DNA of 64,000 bases from Bdellovibrionales bacterium (GCA_965203275.1 OZ241865.1:1312001-1376000); one strand, 5' to 3'; positions 20,229-29,948 are shown, counted from the stretch's first letter. Numbers and translations: made by a program. The notes: generated by a model not told the origin, from the sequence alone.

Positions 20229-22331
20229 ATGTCTAAAACAATAACAGAATGTAAAGTAGGGCAGAACACTATTTGTCTTGAAACAGGGGTCATGGCCAAG
20301 CAAGCTGACGGGGCGGTGGTAGCAAAGTGTGGCAACAACATTGTGTTGGCCACAGTGGTTTCATCTAAACAGCCTTCATCATTTGATTTTTTCCCTTTGA
20401 CGGTGGAATACCAAGAGAGGCTTTATGCCTCTGGGAAGATCCCTGGAGGTTATTTTAAAAGGGAGGGTAGGCCAACAGAATTAAATACTCTTAACTGTCG
20501 ATTGATCGATCGTCCTTTAAGGCCTCTTTTCCCTGAAGGTTACAATCATGAAACACAAATCATTACCTCAGTGTTGAGTTTTGATGGGCTTTTCCCTGTT
20601 CATATTTTAGCTGGCATAGCTTCTTCAACAGCACTTCATATTAGTGATATTCCTTTCCATGGACCTGCTTGCTCTATTCAGCTAGCAAGGGTCAACAAGG
20701 AGTTCATTGTCAATCCTGATTCTAAGCAAATAGAGGAATCTGATATGAATATGGTGATTGCAGGGACAACAAAAGGGCTTTTGATGGTGGAAGGAGAATC
20801 TCAATTTTTAACAGAAAATGAAATTTTAGAGGCACTCAAATTTGCACATCAGTCTTTTCTTCCTTTAATTGAAGCACAAGAAGATTTACGATCTAAAGTA
20901 GGGCATACCAAGAGAGATTTTACACCTGTCAGTATTGATCCTTCTATTAGAGAAAAATTAGAACAAAAATTTAAAAGCCAAATTGTGACAGGACTTAAAA
21001 TTAAAACCAAGCAAGAAAGATATGCCCATCTTGCAGACCTTCAGGTAGAAGCTACTGAGAATATCACAGAAGAGATATTAGATGAGTCTGCAACAGAGCA
21101 AGAAAAAGAGGCTACTCAACAAACAGTACAGACAGTATACAATCAGTTAAAGTATGAGATTGTCCGCAATATGATTTTAAATGAAGGTGTACGTATTGAT
21201 GGAAGGAACAGCACAGATGTACGTCCTATTGAATGTGAAGTGGGTGTATTACCTAGAACACATGGTTCAGGACTTTTTACAAGAGGTGAGACCCAAGTGC
21301 TAGGTACGATCACTTTAGGCACATCTGATGACGCACAAAGTATTGATACTCTGTATGGTCCTTTAAGTAAAAGGTTTCTTTTACATTATAATTTCCCTCC
21401 TTTTTGTGTAGGAGAGACAGGACGTGTAGGAGGTCGAAGTCGTAGAGAAATTGGCCATGGCTTTTTAGCAGAAAGAGCCTTATCTGCTATTTTACCTCAA
21501 GAGGAAACCTTTCCTTACATTATTAGATTGGTTGGCGAAGTATTAGAATCAAATGGCTCAAGTTCTATGGGAACAGTGTGTTCTGGTATGTTAGCTCTTT
21601 TAGATGCAGGAGTGCCAGTGCAGAAAAATGTAGCAGGTATTGCTATGGGATTGATTAAGGAAGGGGAACAAGTAGCTATTTTATCTGATATTTTAGGTGA
21701 CGAAGATCATTTAGGGGATATGGATTTTAAGGTAGCTGGTGCAAGAGATGGTATCACAGCACTGCAAATGGATATTAAGATTGATAATATTGACTTTGAT
21801 ACAATTGAAAAGGCCTTGATGCAGGCCAAGCAAGGTCGTAATGAAATTTTAGACAAAATGGAGCAGGTTATATCTCAACCTCGGGCTGATTTATCTCCAT
21901 TTGCACCTCGCATTGAGACCATTAAAATCAATCCAGATAAGGTAAGAGATGTCATAGGTCCAAATGGTCGAACCATTAAAGATATTATTGCCACAACAGG
22001 TGTTAAAATTGACATTATGGATGATGGCACGATCAATGTGGTATCTTTAGAACCTGAAACCAGACAGCAAGCCTTAGATATGATTAAGAATATTATAGCT
22101 GATCCAGAAGTAGGAAAAGTATATAAAGGAACAGTGGTCAAGATCGCTGACTTTGGTGCTTTTGTAGAAATTTTATCAAATACAACAGGTCTATTGCATA
22201 TTTCTGAGATAGCAAGAGAGCGTGTGACGAATGTATCAGATTACCTGAAAGAAGGCGATCAGATTGATGTAAAGGTATTAGATATGGATCGCACGGGTCG
22301 TATCAAACTATCCCGCAAAGTTTTATTGTGA
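20229..22331 (+). CDS. pnp: Polyribonucleotide nucleotidyltransferase
   Basis: FFPLTVEY, RLIDRPLRP, ESNGSSSM, DHLGDMDFKVAG; KH and S1 domains. Confidence 0.98.
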   Translation: MSKTITECKVGQNTICLETGVMAKQADGAVVAKCGNNIVLATVVSSKQPSSFDFFPLTVEYQERLYASGKIPGGYFKREGRPTELNTLNCRLIDRPLRPLFPEGYNHETQIITSVLSFDGLFPVHILAGIASSTALHISDIPFHGPACSIQLARVNKEFIVNPDSKQIEESDMNMVIAGTTKGLLMVEGESQFLTENEILEALKFAHQSFLPLIEAQEDLRSKVGHTKRDFTPVSIDPSIREKLEQKFKSQIVTGLKIKTKQERYAHLADLQVEATENITEEILDESATEQEKEATQQTVQTVYNQLKYEIVRNMILNEGVRIDGRNSTDVRPIECEVGVLPRTHGSGLFTRGETQVLGTITLGTSDDAQSIDTLYGPLSKRFLLHYNFPPFCVGETGRVGGRSRREIGHGFLAERALSAILPQEETFPYIIRLVGEVLESNGSSSMGTVCSGMLALLDAGVPVQKNVAGIAMGLIKEGEQVAILSDILGDEDHLGDMDFKVAGARDGITALQMDIKIDNIDFDTIEKALMQAKQGRNEILDKMEQVISQPRADLSPFAPRIETIKINPDKVRDVIGPNGRTIKDIIATTGVKIDIMDDGTINVVSLEPETRQQALDMIKNIIADPEVGKVYKGTVVKIADFGAFVEILSNTTGLLHISEIARERVTNVSDYLKEGDQIDVKVLDMDRTGRIKLSRKVLL

Positions 22332-22342
22332 CTTTTGTTTCC

Positions 22343-23233
22343 CTTTCACTCAAAATGAGCCACATCTCTGTTTCACTAAAAGTGGTCTGACCTCTGGTCA
22401 CTTTCTGGTTGCCAGCCGAAGGCTATTCGCCTTCTTAAATGCTGGCAACCTAGAAAGCTTGACCACTTTTAGTAAGGAGGATCCATTTCTCATTTAACAC
22501 CATGTTAAGGAAAAAGTTCTTTCTTACACCTTTTGACCACGATGGCTTTCGCCATCGGTAAAATGGTCATCACCTAGAAAGCCTGACCACTTTTAGTAAG
22601 GAGGATCTCTTCGTTTCTTAACACCATGTTAAGGATTTGTTTCACTCAAAATGCATCATGCCTCTGGCATGTTTTCTGGCAGTTAGCCCAACGGCTTATC
22701 GCCGTTGATCAAAGGCTAACTGCCTAGAAAATCCATTTATTTTGAGTAGGGAAGGATCTTCTCGTCTCTTAACATGATGTTAAGGAAACAGTTCCTTCTT
22801 ACACCTGCTTGCCTGATGCCGGATCCCGGGATCCCGGATCCCGGAAAAAATCAATTTTAACTTTAAGTGTTTTTACACAACTTGTATAAATAAGCTCCTA
22901 ATTGATCAGCTTGTTTTGCTAATTCCATACAGCCACTAAATTCCAAGTCTAGTATTGCCTGAACTGTTTTTCACTAAAAGTAAACTAGCCGTCTTTTGCA
23001 CTAAAAGTAAACTGACCTCTGGTCACTTTTGGGTTGCCAGCCGAAGGCTATTCGCCTTCTTAAATGCTGGCAACCTCAAAAGTCCGTTTACTTTTAGTAG
23101 AGGAGGATCTCTTCGTTTTTTGACTACATGTTAAGGAAAATGTCCTTCTAATGGCAGTTAGTCCGACGGCTTATCGCCGCCGATCAAAGGCTAAGCTGTT
23201 TCACAGTGGTCTAGCCTCTGGCTACTTTTTGGT
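22343..23233. repeat. Mosaic array of structured repeats (module A copies at ~22366-22515, 22534-22635, 22639-22790, 22999-23140; fragments; GGATCCC tandem at 22817-22844)
   Basis: Recurring TTTCACT(A/C)AAA, CCTCTGG, GGAGGATC and TTAACA-N3-TGTTAAGG motifs with nested inverted repeats. Confidence 0.9.
22863..22964 (-). pseudogene. 3' fragment of a probable four-helix-bundle protein gene
   Basis: Minus strand reads VQAILDLEFSGCMELAKQADQLGAYLYKLCKNT*; truncated at its 5' end by a repeat; family assignment is from memory of the C-terminal pattern. Confidence 0.55.
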
Positions 23234-23342
23234 TGGTTTTTTGACTAAGTTATAATATAATGTTTCATTAGTTAGACAGATGATTAGAAATTAAGTTATT
23301 ATTAAGTATTATGTTTAAAGATATAAAGGGAGGTTCAAAGTT

Positions 23343-24416
23343 ATGACAGAGAGAATTTTATTACAATTAACAATAGATGCTATTTTCAAGGCTTTTTTTG
23401 AAAATAGAAAAGATCTTTTAATTTCACTGGTAGAGAATTTTGTACCTTTGCCTAAGGGTTCTGTGATAGAGGATGTTTCATTATTAAACACAGAGCTTCT
23501 TCCCGATAAGGTTCCAGACGAATACAAATCCTTTACTTTAGATTTGCGTGTGAAATTAAGAAGACAGGTCAGAGGCGTTCTTCAAGATACAGATATTGTC
23601 CATGTAGAAGTTCAAACAACAAGTCAAAAATTTTTTACAGATCGGATATTAGTTTATGCTTCTAGGGCTTATTCTGGTCAGATAAAGAAAGGCGAAGATT
23701 TTAATCAATTACTTCCTGTGTATTCACTTGTTTTTACAACAGCTAATTTAAAAGAATTTGCAGGGATAAAGGATTACTATCATATCTGCAATATCCGTCG
23801 GACAAAACCACCAGAAGTGATTATGTCTCGTGGATTGTGTTTTGTCATTGTGGAATTAGGCAAGTTTCAGTCAAGTTTGCATGAATTATTTGACAAAAAG
23901 GCAGATTGGTGTTATCTTTTAAAGAACTCTGGTAATATGGATTTAAAGGAGTATACCAATTTTCAAAACAAGGGAGGTATTATGGCAGAAGCAGCAAAGC
24001 ACTTATGGATATTATCAAAAGATGAGACATTACAGGAACTTGCAATGGTGAAAGAGAGAGACAGAAAAGATCAAGCAGCCAGAGAAGAGGGTGCTTATGA
24101 AGAAGGAATGAAGAAAGGGATGAAGAAAGGTCGTAAGGAAGGAATGGAGGAAGGAATGGAGAAAGGAATGGAGAAAGGAATGGAGGAAGGAATGGAGAAA
24201 GGAATGGAGAAAGGAATGGAGAAAGGAATGGAGAAAGGAATGGAGAAAGGAATGGAGAAAGGAATGGAGAAAGGGATGGAGAAAGGGATGAAGAAAGGTC
24301 GTAAGGAAGGAATGGAGAAAGTGGCACAAAATATGTTGAAAGAAAATCTCAATATTTCATTGATTTCTACAATGACAGGTTTATCCAAAGATGACATTCT
24401 CAAGCTGAAAAAATAA
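23343..24416 (+). CDS. Rpn family recombination-promoting nuclease / PD-(D/E)XK putative transposase
   Basis: D.IFKAFF, LDLRV..HVEVQ, R..VYASR.Y..QI.KGE, FVIVELGKF; G(M)EK repeat tail; VAQNMLK...ISTMTGLS end. Confidence 0.92.
   Translation: MTERILLQLTIDAIFKAFFENRKDLLISLVENFVPLPKGSVIEDVSLLNTELLPDKVPDEYKSFTLDLRVKLRRQVRGVLQDTDIVHVEVQTTSQKFFTDRILVYASRAYSGQIKKGEDFNQLLPVYSLVFTTANLKEFAGIKDYYHICNIRRTKPPEVIMSRGLCFVIVELGKFQSSLHELFDKKADWCYLLKNSGNMDLKEYTNFQNKGGIMAEAAKHLWILSKDETLQELAMVKERDRKDQAAREEGAYEEGMKKGMKKGRKEGMEEGMEKGMEKGMEEGMEKGMEKGMEKGMEKGMEKGMEKGMEKGMEKGMKKGRKEGMEKVAQNMLKENLNISLISTMTGLSKDDILKLKK
23973..23984 (+). promoter_or_regulatory. Internal in-frame SD (GGAGG) and ATG for a short Rpn C-terminal product (23982-24416)
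   Basis: GGAGGtattATG, in frame with the gene; the same signal is present in the second Rpn gene and at the start of the free-standing copy. Confidence 0.75.
24100..24320 (+). repeat. 12-bp coding tandem repeat (GGAATGGAGAAA; GMEK/GMEE/GMKK)
   Basis: Directly visible in DNA and protein. Confidence 0.95.
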
Positions 24417-24418
24417 TT

Positions 24419-24835
24419 TGCTCAAAAGTAGCCAGAGGATTATCCCTAACCCCACCCCCCACCCTTTGATTGCTTTTTTCACTCAAAATGAACTGGCCTC
24501 TGGCCACTTTTGGGTAGCCAGCCCGACTGCTCACGCCGTCGTAAAAAGCTGGCTACCTCAAAAGCTTGTTCATTTTGAGTAGAGAAGGATCTCCTCATTC
24601 CTCTACACCATGTTAGGGAAAAAGTGCTTTTATTACCTTAAGAGCAAGCGGTTTACAAATGAGGGACTTTTTCCTTAACATGTAGTTAAAAAACGAGGAG
24701 ATCCTCCTTACTAAAAGTAAACGGATTTTTGAGGCATTGCTCTTTTTGGACAGCGATAGCTGTCAGAGCAATGCCCAAAAACAGCCAGAGGCTGGTTTAC
24801 TTTTAGTGAAACAGAGGCTGGTTTATTTTTAGTGA
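24419..24835. repeat. Inverted pair of module A repeats (24477-24622 and 24668-24817) with linker and fragments
   Basis: Two family copies in opposite orientation joined by a ~45-bp linker. Confidence 0.88.
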
Positions 24836-24852
24836 GAATAAAAGGAGGCGTT

Positions 24853-25167
24853 ATGGCAGAGGCAGCAAAGCACTTATGGATATTATCAAAAGATGAGACA
24901 TTACAGGAACTTGCAATGGTGAAAGAGAGAGACAGAAAAGATCAAGCAGCCAGAGAAGAGGGTGCTTATGAAGAAGGAATGAAGAAAGGAATGAAGAAAG
25001 GAATGGAAAAAGGGATGGAGAAAGGGATGGAGAAAGGTCGTAAGGAAGGAATGGAGGAAGGGATGGAGAAAGTAGCACAAAATATGTTGAAAGAAAATCT
25101 CAATATTTCATTGATCTCTACAATGACAGGTTTATCCAAAGATGACATTCTCAAGCTGAAAAAATAA
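24853..25167 (+). CDS. Free-standing Rpn C-terminal domain (RpnS-like putative antitoxin)
   Basis: AAAGGAGG-ATG; near-identical to 23982-24416 except for fewer GMEK units. Confidence 0.8.
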   Translation: MAEAAKHLWILSKDETLQELAMVKERDRKDQAAREEGAYEEGMKKGMKKGMEKGMEKGMEKGRKEGMEEGMEKVAQNMLKENLNISLISTMTGLSKDDILKLKK

Positions 25168-25169
25168 AC

Positions 25170-25940
25170 TGCTCAAAAGTGACCAGAGGTCAGTTTACTT
25201 TTAGTGAAACAACTATCCCTAACCCCACCCGCCACCCTTCGATTCTGCTTTCTCATTTTGTTTTTACTTGAGGATGAGGGCAGAGGGAGCCTTCCGAAGT
25301 CCTCAATTGAGCTTGCTTTTAAGGAGCAAGCTCAATTTGCGGAAGATCTCCAGTCTCCCTCTGCCCCCATCCTCCCCTAAATGATTTTTTATTTGAGAGT
25401 TACGCAGAATCTAAAAAAAATAAAAAAACAAAAAATACTTCCTCCGGGATACGGAATCCCGGGATCCGGGATCTGGGATCCGGGATCTGGCAAGCCGGCA
25501 TCAGATCCCGGGATGCCAGATTGCTTGATCCCGGATCCCGGGAGTAAATGTTTTGTTTCCTTAACATGGTGTTAAGAGAAAAAAGGATCCTCCTCTACTC
25601 AAAATAAATGAATTTTCTAGGCAGTTAGCTTTTGATCGACGGCGGTAGCCGTCGGGCTAACTATTAGAAGAATGTTTTCCTTAACATGGTGTTAAGAAAC
25701 GAAGAGATCCTCCCTACTCAAAGTGAACAGGCTTTTGAGACAATGACCATTTTGTCAAAGGCGAAAGCCTTTGCGGTCATTGTCCAAAAGTGGCCAGAGG
25801 CCAGTTCACTTTGAGTGAAACAGAGGTCAGTTCATTTTGAGTGAAAAAAATTGAGGACTTCGGAAGGCTCACACTGCCCTATCCTCAAATAAAAATAAAA
25901 TGGAAAAGCAGAATTGAAGGGCGATGGGTGAGGTTAGGGA
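25170..25940. repeat. Mosaic repeat array: module B (25216-25445), GGATCCC tandem (25444-25543), module A copies (25556-25672, 25675-25826), inverted module B half (25849-25940)
   Basis: Direct comparison with the other arrays. Confidence 0.88.
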
Positions 25941-25978
25941 TTGGGGGTTTGGATAGAGGGGCAGGGGTAGATCCAGAG

Positions 25979-28147
25979 TTAGGGGGTGGGGCCGGGAAGT
26001 AAATCTTGTCTATCTTGAGGATGCCAACCTTTACTATCATACGGAAGTTGTCTATTATGATTTTGACTCCCTCTTATACAACAATGATGGTCACTTTCTG
26101 TTTTTACCTCATACACATCTGTAGTATTGCTTGACAGCTTAAATTTGAAAGGGTCATAAAAAGTAAAGTCATGCCAGTCCGTTCTACCATAGTGGTCTAA
26201 ATCCTCACAATCTTTTGTATAACAAGCATCGAGACGGCTTGGACACATATTATTGTGAAGATCGTCATTGTCTTCAAGATACTGTTGTTGACCTGTCCAA
26301 CCTGCTAATTTAGCAGCAGTGGCACAAGTAGGGTAACATTCACCAGCACTAGATACATATTTATATCCAGGAGGACAATCTCTTTTGTAAGCTCGTCTGC
26401 AACATTTATCTTCTACAGCACCTTTAATTTCCAAAACATTCCAGGTCTGTCTATCAACATCGCAATAATCCCCAGTTTGTGTTTCAACTAAGAGAGCTTT
26501 TGCAGTTGTTTTCTCAAACACCATACAACGTGGAAGGCATTGACTCCCACCTACAGGTGTAGCATAGCCTGCAAGTATTTGCTCCTGAGTACAAGTAGCA
26601 TTCACATCTTCCTCTCCCTCCTCAGATGATGATGCAGTGGAGGTGGGGCTAGATGAAGAAACGGGTACACAACCATTAGCAGCACTTGTTCCACATCCAG
26701 GGTAGTAAGGTATTGACGGTTGACCAGGAGGTCTTGGACGGGTATATATCCATCCATATTTATTTACAGAAGCTTGAGGTGTTGCACCTGATGAAGAACT
26801 TTGCATAAAGAAGGCATCCTCAACTCCCCTAACCCCTGTGCCTACTTCAGAAGATTCATCGTTACTTCCAGATCTTCCAGTGGTCGTAGATGTTGTTGAA
26901 TCTGTGCTAGATTCTGCCGGGTCAGGACTGGCCTGCCATGTTGTTGTACCTTTACCATGAATGATTTGAACTGTTCTTACGATAGCTTGATTATTAATTA
27001 AGCATTTATATGCAATGCGATCGGTCTCAACCTCTTCGACAGTTGCACAGTTACCAGTGCATGCATACCCCCAATTAGGGTCTCCACCTGAGCCTTTTTG
27101 TAAAATTTGTACAACACGATCCATAAATCTCCAGTTTTCATTTGTGTGTTGAGCTTGATCTGTTATAGTGTTTTGATGATGTTTAAAAAATGTATTAAAC
27201 TCTTCTTCATACTGCTGTCTTGTCATATCTACAACCCTCTCCTGCTCATTAGGGATATTACATCTGCCTGGGCAAGCTTCACTGTTAGGATCCTCAGAAC
27301 ATGACCTAACAATTTCACAACAACAGTTCTCTTTACAATTCTCATCCTGTGAACATTCACTACCATCAAAGTTATCTGAAGCCTCAAAATTGAAAACACA
27401 ACCATTCCCCTTTGTGCTAGGTAATTTGACTAACACCAGCTCAGATCTTTCTCTTATATTGCCTGCATGACCAGCAGGAAGTCTCTTTTTAACAAGACCT
27501 GACACCATTAAGCCAATCACATCTCCAGAGCGAAGCACTAAATTTTCTAGTTTTGAAGCCTCTGTACGTCGACCCAATGATAATCTTTTATTTGGTACCC
27601 ATCGATAATCATATAAATTTTTGATATTCTCAGCATCTAATGTGTGACAAGCCTCACCCTCTCTCATATAATCATAAGTAGCAGCAACAGACTCATCGTC
27701 ATTTAGCTTTACTAAAATCCATGGATTGCCTTCGACTTTTACATCCATATTAGGAAGTGATAAAGACGGCCATTGACCTAATTGAGTATGATCAATGCAA
27801 ATTTGTCCATTTTTTTTAATCTCTATTTTTGTTATTTTAGATGTTTCAGGCCACTTTCCTACAATTGGTTCGCCTCCCGGCGGTCCCTCATCCCCTGGAG
27901 GGACTTCAACACCAGGATCGTCTATATCTTTATCAGGGTCAGGAGGATCAGGGTCAGGGAGAACAGTATCACCGGGGCGATCTGCGGCACGATTAGAAGG
28001 ATATTCAGACGATTCTTCCCCTCCTAAAAAAGAACAGTTCATAAACATCAAAAGGCTTGCAATACTTGTTAGGCTAAGAGCCATTAATACTTTTTCTTTT
28101 TGATGATTACGTTTGACTGGAATTTTCATTTTAAATAACAACCTCAT
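25979..28147 (-). CDS. Cys-rich secreted lipoprotein, function unknown
   Basis: Hydrophobic N-region ending FMNC; Pro/Asp and Ser/Thr linkers; many Cys pairs. Confidence 0.7.
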   Translation of the reverse strand: MRLLFKMKIPVKRNHQKEKVLMALSLTSIASLLMFMNCSFLGGEESSEYPSNRAADRPGDTVLPDPDPPDPDKDIDDPGVEVPPGDEGPPGGEPIVGKWPETSKITKIEIKKNGQICIDHTQLGQWPSLSLPNMDVKVEGNPWILVKLNDDESVAATYDYMREGEACHTLDAENIKNLYDYRWVPNKRLSLGRRTEASKLENLVLRSGDVIGLMVSGLVKKRLPAGHAGNIRERSELVLVKLPSTKGNGCVFNFEASDNFDGSECSQDENCKENCCCEIVRSCSEDPNSEACPGRCNIPNEQERVVDMTRQQYEEEFNTFFKHHQNTITDQAQHTNENWRFMDRVVQILQKGSGGDPNWGYACTGNCATVEEVETDRIAYKCLINNQAIVRTVQIIHGKGTTTWQASPDPAESSTDSTTSTTTGRSGSNDESSEVGTGVRGVEDAFFMQSSSSGATPQASVNKYGWIYTRPRPPGQPSIPYYPGCGTSAANGCVPVSSSSPTSTASSSEEGEEDVNATCTQEQILAGYATPVGGSQCLPRCMVFEKTTAKALLVETQTGDYCDVDRQTWNVLEIKGAVEDKCCRRAYKRDCPPGYKYVSSAGECYPTCATAAKLAGWTGQQQYLEDNDDLHNNMCPSRLDACYTKDCEDLDHYGRTDWHDFTFYDPFKFKLSSNTTDVYEVKTESDHHCCIRGSQNHNRQLPYDSKGWHPQDRQDLLPGPTP

Positions 28148-28285
28148 AATCTTTTATCGGCAAAATATTGTCTTAATTTGAGTCTTTTTTTCTTAAAACC
28201 TCTTTTTTATTGTTTGATTAAAAATTTGGCTTATCTTTATATTAAAAATTGACTTATCTTTTAAAAATAATTCACAATAACCCTT

Positions 28286-28843
28286 ATGGAACAAAACCTT
28301 TCTGACCACAAATCTCAAATTATAGCTATTATAAAAAAGCGATCACTTCAAAAAGGACCTATTCGCTTAGCTTCTGGTAAGGTCAGCAATTTCTATATCG
28401 ATCTCAAACAAACTATCCTTGACCCTCAAGGACTTGACCTCTTATCAGACTTGATTTTAGAGTTCTTAAACAAAAAAAATCTTGTTGGTGTGGCAGGCTC
28501 TGGTATAGGAGCATTGCCTCTCACAACGGCTGTCACCCTAAAATCGCTAAATACTCCTAAACCCTTTCTGCATCTTTATATACGATCTCAAGTAAAGGAG
28601 TGGGGGACTAAACAAGTGATAGAAGGCACTCACAGCTTCCAACCTAAAGATAAAGTTTGGATTTTAGAAGATGTTGTCACAACAGGCGGTTCTAGCCTCT
28701 ATGCTACTCAAAAGTGTCAAGAGTTTGGTCTCCAGGTAGAAGGCATTCTCACCTGTGTTGACCGACAAGAGGGAGGGAGAGAAAAGATTGAAAATAAAGG
28801 CATTCACTTTCACAGCTTAATCCATATGTTTGATTTACACTAA
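28286..28843 (+). CDS. pyrE: Orotate phosphoribosyltransferase
   Basis: LASGKVSNFYID, EDVVTTGGS, CVDRQEGG. Confidence 0.93.
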   Translation: MEQNLSDHKSQIIAIIKKRSLQKGPIRLASGKVSNFYIDLKQTILDPQGLDLLSDLILEFLNKKNLVGVAGSGIGALPLTTAVTLKSLNTPKPFLHLYIRSQVKEWGTKQVIEGTHSFQPKDKVWILEDVVTTGGSSLYATQKCQEFGLQVEGILTCVDRQEGGREKIENKGIHFHSLIHMFDLH

Positions 28844-29811
28844 AAGTAAACTGACCTCTGGTCACTTTTGGACATTGCTCTGACAGCTATCGCTGTCCAA
28901 AAAGAGCAATGTCGTTGGTTCACTAAAAGTGGTCTGACCTCTGGTCACTTTCTGATTGCCAGCCGAAGGCTATTCGCCTTCTTAAATGCTGGCAACCTAG
29001 AAAGCATAACCACTTTTAGTAGGAGGATCCTTTCCTCTTTTAACATCATGTTAAGGAAACAGAACTTTATTCGCAAACCGCTTGCTTCTGAGGTAATAAA
29101 AGAAATTTTCCTTAACATGGTGTAAAAGAATAAAAGGGTCCTCCTCTACTCAAAATGCATAGATTTTTGAGGCAATGACCATTTTGCCAACGGCGTAAGC
29201 CGTTGCGGTCATTGCCCAAAAACATGCCAGAGGCATGATGCATTTTGAGTGAAATGTTAAGGAAAAAGTCCTTTCTGATGCCGGGTTGCCAGATCCCGGA
29301 TCCCGGGTGAACACAATGTTAAGGGTTTGTTTCACTCAAAATGCATCATGCCTCTGGTTCACTAAAAGTAAACTAGCCTCTGGCTACTTTTGGGTAGCCA
29401 GCCCGACGGCTCTCGCCGTCGATCAAAGGCTGACTACCTCAAAAGCTTGTTCAATTTTAGGAAGAAGGATCACCTTGCTTTTTAACATGATGTTAAGGAA
29501 AAAAGATTTCCTTTTTTTTGTTTTTTTTATTCTTTTTTAGATTCTGCGTAATTTTCAAAAAAACATAAAATTTATGAGTGGGAGGCGGGGGCAGGCTGAA
29601 GATCTTCCGCAAATTGAGCTTGCTTTTAAGGAGCAAGCTCAATTGAGGACTTCGGAAGCCTGACCCCGCATTCCACTCATAAAAAACATACAAATGGAAA
29701 GGCAGAATCAAAAGGGTGGCGGGTGGGGTTAGGGAGTTTGTTTCACTAAAAATAAACCAGCCGTCATTTTCACTCAAAATGAATTGACCTCTGGACGCTT
29801 TTAGTGAAACA
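28838..29811. repeat. Mosaic repeat array: module A (28838-28912, 28918-29060, 29106-29254, 29357-29503), GGATCCC tandem, module B (29507-29735), fragments
   Basis: Direct comparison with the other arrays. Confidence 0.88.
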
Positions 29812-29813
29812 AC

Positions 29814-29926
29814 ATAGATTGTCTAAAATTCTGCCACAAAAACAAAAACCTAGTGGCACAAAATCTCTTTCGACTCATAACCTACTGATTTTACTCAACT
29901 TTATTTTGCAGGCTATCAAACTCAGG
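29814..29926 (+). mobile_element. Isolated downstream end of the IS1634-family element
   Basis: Reverse-complement match, with a few substitutions, to 57236-57348; ends in TCAAACTCAGG. Confidence 0.9.
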
Positions 29927-29948
29927 AATCAAAAAAAGATTAAACACG

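Noticed and set aside
23980..25154. Antisense ORFs (SPFL, HSFL, IPFS repeats)
   Set aside because: Shadow frames of the GMEK coding repeat.
25675..25826. Module A as a hammerhead ribozyme
   Set aside because: It has a three-way junction and GAAAC but no CUGANGA core in the required position.
25381..29777. Short ORFs within the repeat arrays (25381, 28868, 29150, 29286, 29493)
   Set aside because: They are translations of non-coding repeat modules, with no SD or protein-like features.
22343..29811. Repeat arrays as CRISPR
   Set aside because: Units are ~150 bp, divergent and in mixed orientation, with no regular unique spacers; no cas genes in the window.
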